The notes under the pieces are model-generated. The model was not told where the DNA came from, did no database searches, and saw nothing but the letters and a program-made list of their open reading frames with translations. Of a stretch of DNA of 64,000 nt, positions 38,725 to 49,818 are shown in pieces. The position numbers were made by a program, and so were the translations under genes. This DNA comes from Eledone cirrhosa (taxonomy: Eukaryota), in the NCBI GenBank assembly GCA_964016885.1, contig OZ024747.1, forward strand, positions 31,000,001 to 31,064,000, given 5' to 3'. The number at the start of each line of letters is the position of its first letter. Positions within the stretch are counted from its first letter, which is position 1.

Positions 38725-40238
38725 CTCGAGAAACCCTCTGACAGAATTCCCCATGCTATAATGGCTCTTAGAAAACTAGGAGTAGATGAATGCCTTGTGA
38801 AAGCTGTACAAACCATGTATAGGGGAGCAGTCAGTAAAGTTAGGATTAGCAATTATATAGCGAGGAATTTAGTATACAGGTCGGTGTCCACTAGGGCTCT
38901 GTTCTTAGCCCTCTCCTGTACATCATAGTTTTGCAGGCAATAACGAAGGAGTTTAAGACCGGATGCCCATGGCAACTCCTGTATGCAGATGACCTCACAC
39001 TTATAGCTGAATCTATGGTAGAATTAGAGAAGAAATTCCAAACTTTGAAGCAGCAACTAGAAATAAAGGGTCTCAAAGTCAACCTTACAAATACTAAGGT
39101 CCTTGTAAGTAGATGAGAAAACAGAACCCAGATCCCCTCACAGAATTGGCCTTGCTCAGTATGTAGGAAAGATGTAGGTAGGAACTTCATTCTTTGCCTC
39201 AAATGCAAACAATGGGTACACAAGAGATGTAGTGGTATCTCAGAAAGCTTAACTAAGAATGTAGGCTTCACATGTAGCAGCTGTACTGGGACAGCAAGCA
39301 GCAAACAGCTACAGGAAACAAGTACCTCCAAACTCTGGGGGCTCTGTAGAAACGGTAGACAGCTTCTGCTACCTAGGTGACCGAATTAGCAGCGGAGGTG
39401 GGTGTTCGGAAAGTACAATAACTAGGGTAAGACGGGGAGCTACTGTCACTGCTAGCTGCAAAAGGCTTTTCCCTCAAAATGAAAGGCAGACTGTATGATG
39501 CGTGTATACGAACAGCAATGTTACATGGTAGTGAGACCTGGGTGTTGTCTGTGGAAGAATTGTGTAGATTAGAAAGAAACGAAGCCTGCATGCTCCGATG
39601 GATGTGTAATACACGAATGGCAAACGATAAATGAATTGAGAGAGAGAGACTGAGCATAAGAGGAATCAAATGCTGTGTGCAGGAGAGGCGGTTGTGTTGG
39701 TACGGACATGTGATGTGTATGAAGGATGACAGCTGCATAAAAAGGTGCAGGGCACACAAAGTCAATGGAAACCGTGGAGTGGGGAGACCCAAGAAGACCT
39801 GGGATGAGGTGATAAAAGCCGACTTTACCCAATTACACCTCTCAAGGGTGATGACACATGACTGCGACCTCTGGCGTCACACAGTAATACAGAAAACCCG
39901 ACTCCCCACGGGTACAAGCCGAAGCTGAAGCATATAGACAATATGCCCCCCACACCCTCCCACTGAAAAGTGGTCGTGGAGGTGCCACGGAAGAAAAGCA
40001 CACCACCCACACTGTAAAGCAGACGTGTAGGTGCCACGGAAAGAAAGCACCCAGCACTCACTGTAAATGAGGTTGGTGTGAGGAAGGGCATCCAGCTGTA
40101 GAAATTAAGCCAGAATCAGTTCCTGTATGAGCAAGGCAAGGTCAGCCGACCGGTTACTGCCCACAACAGGACAACCTGTCTAACCCATGCTAGCGTGGAA
40201 GAACGGACGTAAAACGACGGTGATGATGATGATGATGA
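38725..40238 (+). mobile_element. RTE LINE family A, 5'-truncated
   Basis: CPWQLLYADDL, finger, RRLCWYGHV, full 3' UTR and (GAT)n tail. Confidence 0.9.
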
Positions 40239-40419
40239 TATATATATATATATATCACGATAAATTAACGGAGGCATAGGCTGTCGTTATTCCCTGTAAA
40301 TAATGTGCTCAAAGGGGAAGAGATCCTGAGCCCTTTAAAATATAATATGTTGAGAAGGTAACACACCAGAGAGAGATATATAGTGCGTTATCAATAATAC
40401 AGAGAAAAAACCACCATAT

Positions 40420-40658
40420 ATCATCATCATCATCATTATCATTTTACATCCGCTTTTCCCTGCTTGCAAGGGTGGGACGGGTCTTATTCAGCACAGCATC
40501 TCTCCACTCGTCACGGTCCTTTGTCATCTTCACCGTGAGCCTCAATGATCTGAGGTCTGTTCTCACCACCTCCGCCCATGTTTTTCGTGGTCTACCTCTA
40601 CCACGTCTTCCTTCAACTGGCATTTCCTGGCACTTCTTCACCCATCGGTCATCCTCCT
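40420..40658 (-). mobile_element. RTE family B 3' fragment
   Basis: KKCQEMPVEGRRGRGRPRKTW plus tail. Confidence 0.88.
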
Positions 40659-40668
40659 ATAAATATAT

Positions 40669-42360
40669 ATATGGCCGATCTGGGCTGTATCGGTGATGTC
40701 AATCCCCAACATACTATATCGGTTATAACGTTTGGCACGCCTGATGTCCTAGCGGCAATAAATGAAATTAAACACAATTCAGCAGTAAGCCCAGATTGGT
40801 TCCCTGCTTGTGTTCTGAAGGTGTGTCGACACCAACTTCCATCTCCTCTTGCTAATCTGTGGAGGAACTCACTGGACACTGGCTATATTCCTGAAAACTT
40901 TCTGTCCCAGTCTGTTGTCCCAGTCTTCAAAAAGGGAAAGTCTGTTGCAGTAAACTACCATATACTCTCACTCACCTCCCATAACATCAAGGTATTTGAG
41001 AGGGTGGTGAGATCAGGAATAACCCACTTTCTCGAAAGCAACAGACTACTGAATTCCAACCAACATGAGTTCCGTAAAGCAATGGACTGCCTAACACAGC
41101 TCCTGCATCACTTTGATGATATTTTGAGAGCTTTGGGAGAGGGCTCCAACACTGATGTCATCTACCTTGATTTCAGACAGGGTTGATCATAATATTCTAT
41201 TGAAAAAAACTATCCAAAATTGGTGTCTCTGGAAAGTTACTACAGTGGATCAATTGTTTCCTGACAAACAGAACTCAACATGTTCAAGCCCAAGTAAAAT
41301 CAAGCACAACCAAAGTCAGCAGTGGCATTCCGCAAGGCACTGTGCTGGGCAAACTTCTTTTCATCATCTACATTAATAACATTACTGACATCATCAAGCA
41401 CTGTAACATAAGAATCTTTGCAGATGATTCCAAGCTCCAGAAGGTCATCAATGAAGTGGGTGACCGGACATGCCTTCAATCAGACCACTGTCTGTCATCC
41501 AATGGGTGGAAAACAACAATATGCTGCTAAATGAGGATAACTTTGAATTAATCCACTTTCAAAAAGAGGATACCCTGAAACTCCCATAATCTTTTCCTTC
41601 AGGTGAAACTCTCATGGCATCCAACAACATCAGAGACTTGGGAGTAATTGTGGACAATAACATAAGCTGGGCCACTCATATAAAAAGCAGTTGTTGAAAT
41701 GGCCCACAGGATGTGTTCCTGGATTCTCAGAACCTTCCAGACGAGAGATATCCACACTGTTATCCTGTTCTTCTCCACTTTTGCCTGACTGCACCTTGAA
41801 TACTGTTGTCTACTGTGGTCTCCCCAAATGAAACAAAATATCATGAAAGTTGAAGCACCCCAAAGGTCAATTACAAAAAAGATAGATGGCATGACAGACC
41901 TTGACTATTTGAGTCAATTAGAAAAGCCCAACCTTTATTCTCTCCAACGTTGCTGTTAGCGCTATATTATCTGCACGATGGGTAAAATAGTCCGTCAGCA
42001 TTGCCCAAATAATGTTGGTATCACTGTTAAGTTACACCCAAAGTTGGGCCCCGTGCTATACGCCCACAACAAAAATCTCACTCGCATCTCATAACAACAA
42101 TACGGCACAATTATTTCACCTCAATTGGCTCCGCTCTCTTTAACATTACACCAAAACACATTAAAACAGAAACAGACTCCATAAAGTTCAAGAAGTCTTT
42201 GGACAAATTCCGGATAAACCTCCTACACCCGGATATGTCTCCACAAACATTAACTCTCTATTTGAGTGGGCCATGGAGTCCTGATTTTAAAGACTTCGGC
42301 AGGTGGTGCTATTAAGTTAGACATGGTCTAGGCCAATACTGGCCGAAAGTTATCAAAGTC
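40669..42360 (+). mobile_element. CR1/L2-group LINE 3' portion (same family as 15700-18230)
   Basis: Aligns with 17452 onward. Motifs VVPVFKKG, IYLDF, IFADDSKL, RDLGVIVD and LEYCCLLWSP. 3' UTR ends in AAAGTTATCAAAGT. Confidence 0.88.
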
Positions 42361-42417
42361 ATATATGTAAATATATATAAATGTATACATATATAAATAT
42401 ATACATATATGTATATA

Positions 42418-42758
42418 TATCATCATCATCATTTCATTTTACGTCTGCTTTTTCCCTGCTTGCAAGGGTGGGACAGGAACTGATTCTGGCTCGATTTCTA
42501 CAGCTGGATGCCCTTCCTAACACCAACCTCATTTACAGTGAGTGCTGGGTGCTTTTTTGCCATGGCACTTACACGACCACTTTGCAGTGGAATGATTTGG
42601 ACCTCAGTCCTATCATCTCATTTCTACAGCTGAGTAAACTGGAGCAATGTGAAATAAAGTGTCTTGCTCAAGGAAACAACACATCACCCGGTCTGAGAAT
42701 TGAACTCACAACCTTTCGATTGCAAGACCAATGCTCTAACCACTAAGCCATGTGCCTC
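42418..42758 (-). mobile_element. CORE-like tRNA-derived SINE, full length
   Basis: A-box TGGCTTAGTGG, B-box GAGTTCAATTC, CORE-like middle and RTE-derived tail. Confidence 0.9.
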
Positions 42759-42770
42759 TATATATGTATA

Positions 42771-43118
42771 GAGGCACATGGAGGCACATGGCTTAGTGGT
42801 TAGAGCATTGGCCTTGCAATCGAAAGGTTGTGAGTTCAATTCTGAGACCGGGTGATGTGTTGTTTCCTTGAGCAAGACACTTTATTTCCACATTGCTCCA
42901 GTTTACTCAGCTGTAGAAATGAGATGATAGGGACTGGGGTCCATATCATTCCACTGCAAAGTGGTCGTGAAGGTGCCACGGCAAAAAAGCACCCAGCACT
43001 CACTGTAAATGAGGTTGGTGTTAGGAAGGGCATCCAGCTGTAGAAATCAAGCCAGAATCAGTTCCCATCCCACCCTTGCAAGCAGGGAAAAAGCGGACGT
43101 AAAATGATATGATGATGA
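42771..43118 (+). mobile_element. CORE-like tRNA-derived SINE, full length, head-to-head with the previous copy
   Basis: Same features as the previous copy, with a duplicated GAGGCACATG at the 5' end. Confidence 0.9.
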
Positions 43119-43133
43119 ACTGATGTATATATG

Positions 43134-43403
<270 letters not shown>

Positions 43404-43433
43404 ATGGAAAACGAAAAGTGAGTGATGCATCGG

Positions 43434-43687
43434 GACTCAATTTATTGCGTATTACAATTTTATCCCCGGTGAACAGTTCGAGGTGCGATCTATGTGTGGA
43501 TCGACCTGACTCTGGGTTCACAGGTTCCTCAGACACGTCTATTGATTTCGGAGCAGAAAAAGGATCTGGTCCGAAATCAATAGACATGTCTGAGGAACCT
43601 GTGAATCCAGAGTCAGGTCGATCCACACATAGATCGCACCTCGAGTTGTTCGCCGGGGAAACAATTGTAATATGCAATAAATTGAGT
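43434..43687. repeat. Foldback palindrome of about 250 bp containing a hammerhead
   Basis: 43434-43552 is the reverse complement of 43570-43687. Confidence 0.92.
43585..43674 (+). ncRNA. Hammerhead ribozyme with an extended, branched helix II
   Basis: CATGT-CTGAGGA-ACCTGTGAA...TTCGCCGGG-GAAA-CAATTG-TA-ATATG, with palindromic ACAATTGT and a GUA triplet. The mirror copy has a mutated GAAA. Confidence 0.72.
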
Positions 43688-43689
43688 AT

Positions 43690-44430
43690 TGGGAAAATGG
43701 AGGAGGAAGGGAAGGAAAATAAAAGGTAAAAAGGAAAAAAGGGAAGAAAAGAGAAAAACAGCGAAAAAAACAACAAACCGGAGAATGTGCGAGAAAATCC
43801 AAGTCCACATCGGTAACTGAACTTAAGTTCGAGAGTGTGTGGGTGAACGAAAAGACACGTCTGACCCCAGAGAGTGTAAGTGAGAAAAGGACTGCTAGAG
43901 GGTCAGGCAAGGGAAACAATGAGGTGGCTTGCAGAGGGAGAGTGTGTGAATGTGTGAGGGTAAAGGGGAGACAAAGAAAGAAGAGTAGATAGTAAAGAAA
44001 TAGGTAGGTAGAAGGAGAGAGAAAACGGGTCACAGCGAGACATGATAAGATATAAGGAGAATGGGATTGGCTGTGTAGTTGCTAGTTAAGGTAGGCTTAA
44101 AAACGAATGAGAATAAGAAAGCAACAACGGGGGCGGGGAGTTTTCCTCATCAGTTGTCTACTGTGGTCTTGGATATTTCAATGCTTTAAAGACAAAATAT
44201 CTACCTCCATAGCATGCAATAACTGGGTAAGTTATTGGGAAAACGGAGGAGGGAGGGAAGGAAAATAGAAGAGAAAAGGGAAAAAAGGGAAGAAAAGAGA
44301 AAAACAGTGAAAAAAACAACAAACCGGAGAATGTGCGAGCAACTTAAGGTAAGAAAATCCAAATCCACATCGGTAACTGAACTTAAGTTCAAGACTGTGT
44401 GGGTGAAAGAAAAGACACGTCTGACCCCGG
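43690..44430 (-). repeat. Partial tandem repeat (period about 560 bp) with the permuted hammerhead-like motif (copy 3)
   Basis: 44230-44428 duplicates 43686-43868. Motif at 44147-44201. Confidence 0.8.
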
Positions 44431-44775
44431 CGTGTGTGTCTCTGATCAAATCATCGGAATACTGTGTTTAAGGTCGAGTGATGCAATTTCGAGTGATTAG
44501 GGGCATTTAGATTCACCTGATCAATGAAACAATTGTTAATACTGTGAATAAAACCTTTTTTGTACAGCCGACCATGTTATTCTTCACTCTTTCACTATTA
44601 TTACTCCAAGAATAATCTGCATAAGTATTCTAGTAAACTCGCTACCTAACTAAGGAAACTTTATGTTGAGTCAAAAAATGCCATACGTTAAAACTATCCA
44701 TAGTACAGAGTACTGACAACCTCTAACTGGATTACCTAAAATGATAACATGTTATCCCATATATATATTTATATT

Positions 44776-44816
<41 letters not shown>

Positions 44817-44820
<4 letters not shown>

Positions 44821-45243
44821 TCATCATCACCTTTTTATGCCTGCTTTTTCCTGCTTTTTGTTGGATGGGTCCTATTCAGCACAGCATCTCTCCACTTGTC
44901 ACAGTCCTTCGTCATCTCCTCTGTGAGTCTCAGCGATCAGAGGTCTGCTCTCACCACCTCATCCTATATTTTTCGTGGTCTACCTCTACTGCTTCTTCCT
45001 TCTACTAGGATTTCTTGACACTTCTTTACCCAGCGTTCATCCTCCATGTGCATCACATGTCAATACCATCTCAGCCTGCTCTCCTGCACGCCACAACTTA
45101 ACTCTCTTATACCCAGTTTCTGTCTTAACTCTTCTATGCTTGGTCGTTCACGCACATTGGCATTGCACATTCAACGGAGCATACATGCTTCATTTCTCTC
45201 CAGCCGTCGCATATCTGCCGCAGTTGCTGCCCATGTCTCACTA
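44817..45243 (-). mobile_element. RTE family B-like 3' fragment
   Basis: (CAT)n tail and a minus-strand ETWAATAADMRRLERNE remnant. Confidence 0.82.
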
Positions 45244-46662
45244 TGCTTCTGTGTCTTTTATATCGGTAATCTAATTTATTCAGTCCTCAATGTTGTCATT
45301 GACTGACCAACGGTCAAAAATACAGATACAATATAGACACAAACACATATATATAGTTTATCAAAGTTCTTTCATTGCACATCTGCAATATCGTCAGTGG
45401 TGCTATTGTTTCCTCCCGTTGCATTGTATTTTCTACGCCATCTTCATTTAGTCTGTTTATATATTTATTTATTTGTTTATTGTATTTTGTCTGCTTTGCA
45501 CATGCGTTTGCGTGTGTGTATAGTGTTTTGTTTGATGTGTGTTCATGATTGGGTGACTGTGTATTGGTTAATGTATTCTAGCTTTACTAGTGTGTGTTTA
45601 TATGTGTTTGTTGTTATTGTGCTTGTGTATGTATATATTTATTTATTTATCTATTTATTTATTTATTTATTTATACTTCTCTTAGGTCAGTGTTGTTTGT
45701 TTGGGTGTTGTTGTTATTCCATTTATTTTTTCTGTTTAGTCTTGGCCTTCTTAGTTCTATTTCACTGGCCTCTCTGATTTGCCTATTTGCTGGGTCATTT
45801 CTATGTTTAGATATTATTCTAATTTCTATGTTGTCTATGTTACCGTCATGTTGTTGTCTGGCATGTTCGTATAGTACTGAACCGTTTTTTCGTCCTTTTA
45901 GTTTGCCCCCAGTGTTGGTCTATCCTTTCACCTATGCTATGAGCTGTCTCGCTTATGTATCTTGTTGTCATGTTTCTGCAAGTACCCTCTGTACATCTTA
46001 TGCTATAGACTACGTTTCTAGTTTTACAGTTTATCCGGGGGTTTACCTTACATATGATACATTTCCTATTAGTACAGTGGGTTTTCTTAAAAGGGTAGGT
46101 TTTGCTGATCAGGGATTTTATGGTGGTTCCTGGCTTTTCTACCACCTTAATCTTTAAGTGGGTCTTTCTCAGGGCCTTTCTACACTGGTTAGCTAATTTC
46201 CCTCCACGGGTAGCGTCCACAAACATGACACTCTGGTATCTCTGGTTGTCGTACCATGAGGTGGCTTTCCCTATCTTATGTCTAGCCCTATCTAAGCTAT
46301 TCCATAATTTGCTCCTGTATAATGGGCAAATTCCTTTCATGTCCAGTTCTATGAGGGTCTTATACTTCTCCGTGGCTCCTTTGTATACTCTGATTCTGTC
46401 TCTTTGGTTGTAGCCAGAGAACTGCATGCGGTTGATGAAGTGTTGGATGTGTCTTTCCATTTCTGTTGGGTCGCACATGCGGGACACATTCATCATCACT
46501 CGTACCAAGTCTGCGATCAGAATATTAAACTTAGCACTACTGGACATTGCTGAGTTTTTGAGTATCAGGTATTTGGAGGCCATGGGTTTAGCATAGTGTG
46601 AGTGGAGAATTTGGGCTCTCTCGTCTATAGTGTTAATCCAGAGTTCCGTGTCTAATATAGGT

Positions 46663-48427
46663 CTAAGATGTATGTGACAGTACAGAGGACCTCCTCAGCA
46701 GAATCAGTGAGTGCAACAAAAACAGGAACCTATCCAACTGCATAATAGGCAGCATGGATGTGGTATCACTGTACCTATCCATTAACATTGATTTTGCTGT
46801 GGAAATATGTGTGGATATGATCATTGAGAGTGAGGTGGAGTTCTGCAACGCCGACACAGATGAACTGGGCCTCCTACTTAGACTTACTTACGACACTGAC
46901 TACCTAGACAGCCATGACCTTAGACTTTTCTGCCCCTGTAGACCCATAAGAGGTAGACCCACCACCATAACATCAATGGCTAAAAAGGCTTCCATGGGAA
47001 GGTGGATTGGGTGGACCAAAGCTATACGGACCCCCCAAAACAATGATCAGGTAAGAAAAATGGTCGCACATGCAATAGGGGCTAGTATCAAAACTACCCT
47101 AAAGAGCCACATATTCAAGTTCAACGAGAAGATCTACACCCAAAATGAGGGAGCAGCCATTGGTGTCAGCATAGCTAGTGACGTCGCCAACCTTTTTATA
47201 GTATGGTGGGAAAGGAGACTTAAAGATCTCTTTAATGAGAGCTCCATAGGCCTCATCATGTACTCTCGTTACGTAGACGATATCAATATAGTTATAAGGA
47301 CATCCCCACAAGAGAGCACTAACAAGTTTGATTTAGAATGTAGCACAATGGAAAGCATCCAGCAGATAGCTAATTCCATACACCAGAGTATAACTGTAAC
47401 TATCGACTACCCTTCCAAACACCCTAACAATAGACTAACTGTATTAGACACGGAACTCTGGATTAACACTATAGATGAGAGAGCCCAAATTCTCCACTCA
47501 CACTATGCTAAACCCATGGCCTCCAAATACCTGATACTCAAAAACTCAACAATGTCCAGTAGTGCTAAGTTTAATATTCTGATCGCAGACTTGGTACGAG
47601 TGATGATGAACATGTCCCACATGTGCGACCCAACAGAAATGGAAAGACACATCAAACACTTCATCAACCGCATGCAGTTCTCTGGCTACAACCAAAGAGA
47701 CAGAATCAGAGTATACAAAGGAGCCACGGAGAAGTATAAGACCCTCATAGAACTGGACATGAAAGGAATTTGCCCATTATACAGGAGCAAATCATGGAAT
47801 AGCTTAGATAGGGCTAGACATAAGATAGGGAAAGCCACCTCATGGTACGACAACCAGAGATACCAGAGTGTCATATTTGTGGATGCTACCCCTGGAGGGA
47901 AATTAGCTAACCAGTGTAGAAAGGCCCTGAGAAAGACCCACTTAAAGATTAAGGTGGTAGAAAAGCCAGGAACCACCATAAAATCCCTGATCAGCAAAAC
48001 CTACCCTTTTAAGAAAACCGACTGTACCAATAGGAAATGTATCATATGTAAGGTAAACCCCCGGATAAACTGTAAAACTAGAAACGTAGTCTATAGCATA
48101 AGATGTACAGAGGGTACTTGCAGAAGCATGACAACAAGATACATAGGCGAGACAGCTCGTAGCATAGGTGAAAGGATAGACCAACACTGGGGGGAACTAA
48201 AAGGATGAAAAAACGGTTCAGTACTATACGAACATGCCAGACAACAACATGACGGTAACATAGACAACATAGAAATTAGAATAATATCTAAACATAGAAA
48301 TGACCCAGCAGATAGGCAAATCAGAGAGGCCAGTGAAATAGAACTAAGAAGGCCAAGACTAAACAGAAAAAATAAATGGAATAACAACAACACCCAAACA
48401 AACAACACTGACCTAAGAAGAGTATAA
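46663..48427 (+). pseudogene. PLE reverse transcriptase-GIY-YIG ORF, 5'-truncated, with one premature stop
   Basis: SMDVVSLY, QNEGAAIG, YSRYVDDI, LTVLDTELW, CTNRKCIIC and VVYSIRC...RYIGETARSIGERIDQH. Past the TGA at 48206 the same frame reads SVLYEHARQQH...DRQIREASEIELRRPRLNRK to TAA at 48425. Confidence 0.9.
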
Positions 48428-48689
48428 ATAAATAAATAAATAGATAAATAGATAAATATATACATACACAAGCACAATAACAACAAACACATATAAACAC
48501 ACACTAGTAAAGCTAGAATACATTAACCAATACACAGTCACCCAATCACGAACACACATCAAACAAAACACTATACACACACGCAAACGCATGTGCAAAG
48601 CAGACAAAATACAATAAACAAATAAATAAATATATAAACAGACTAAATAAAGATGGCGTAGAAAATACAATGCAACGGGAGGACACAAT

Positions 48690-48735
48690 AGCACCACTGA
48701 CGATGTTGCAGATGTGCAACGAAAGAACTTTGATA
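48690..48735 (+). ncRNA. Minimal hammerhead-like motif in the PLE 3' UTR (mirror copy at about 45357-45402)
   Basis: CTGACGA-TGTTGCA GATG TGCAAC-GAAA-GAAC-TT. Helix I pairing is weak. Confidence 0.55.
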
Positions 48736-48999
48736 AACTATATATATGTGTTTGTGTCTATATTGTATCTGTATTTTTGACCGTTGGTCAGTCATTGGCA
48801 ACATTGATTACATAAATTAGATTACCGATATAAAAGACACAGAAGCGAAAAGAGAAAACCAACCAAACAGTGAGTGTGTTCTGTTATTAATTCTGGCAAT
48901 ATTACACAAATATGACCCTCCTCAATTATAACTATATATATATCAAATGTAGAAAAGTAACACACGAGTTGATATATATAAAAACACATAGTAGAAAGT

Positions 49000-49380
49000 A
49001 AAAAGATTTTTTCAGTAGAAAATGTTGAAGAGAATTTTTCAGTGAAATATCAAAACATTAATTTATTTACAATACCAGATTCAGCATTATATGCATTGCA
49101 ATTGCAGATATGCAGAATATTGTTAAGTTGCATATTTGTACAAATAGTGATAATAATTATAATAAAAATAAAAATGAAAATAAAAAGTGGAAGAAAAATT
49201 AATTTTCACATACATGTTATCATTATTATCACTATTTGTACAAATATGCAACTTAATAATATTCTGCATATCTGCAATTGACAATGCCTATAATGCTGAA
49301 TCTGGTATTGTAAATAAATTAATGTTTTGATATTTCACTGAAAAATTCTCTTCAACATTTTCTACTGAAAAAATCTTTTT
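49000..49380. repeat. Foldback inverted repeat with arms of about 157 bp
   Basis: 49000-49157 is the reverse complement of 49223-49380. Contains a decayed TTGAAGA...GAAA-TA-TC motif. Confidence 0.92.
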
Positions 49381-49544
49381 CCTTATTGGGATACTCAATA
49401 AATTAGTAGAGTGTAAACATCATTATTTAATAAGGAAATGGCTTCTACAGGACTAGAATTGTTTCATTTGTATGAAATCTTATGGAATGAAACAGTTCTA
49501 ATCCCTTGGAAGATATTTCTATATTAAACAATTTTATATATATT

Positions 49545-49769
49545 ATCATCATCATCATTTCATTTTACGTCCGCTTTTTCCCTGCTTGCAAGGGTGGGAC
49601 GGGAACTGATTTTTGGCTTGATTTCTACAGCTGGATGCCCTTCCTAACACCAACCTCATTTACAGTGAGTGCTGGGTGCTTTTTTGCCGTGTCACCTGCA
49701 CGACCACTTTGCAGTGGAATGATATGGACCCCAGTCCCTATCATCTCATTTCTACAGCTGAGTAAACTG

Positions 49770-49770
<1 letters not shown>
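49545..49770 (-). mobile_element. CORE-like SINE, 5'-truncated
   Basis: Matches 42418-42640. Confidence 0.85.

Positions 49771-49818
<48 letters not shown>

Larger units (their letters stand above)
45245..48846 (+). mobile_element. Penelope-like element with a 1.4-kb inverted 5' arm
   Basis: 45245-46657 is the reverse complement of 47442-48846. RT plus C-terminal GIY-YIG, with a hammerhead-like motif in the 3' UTR of both arms. Confidence 0.92.

Noticed and set aside
42781-42855. tRNA genes at SINE heads
   Set aside because: A and B boxes are present, but there is no full cloverleaf and the sequence continues into SINE body and tail in multiple copies.
48206-48208. In-frame TGA in the PLE ORF as selenocysteine or readthrough (as in some Naiad PLEs)
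   Set aside because: The inverted arm has CGA (Arg) at the same site, indicating CpG decay. The endonuclease is C-terminal, unlike Naiads.
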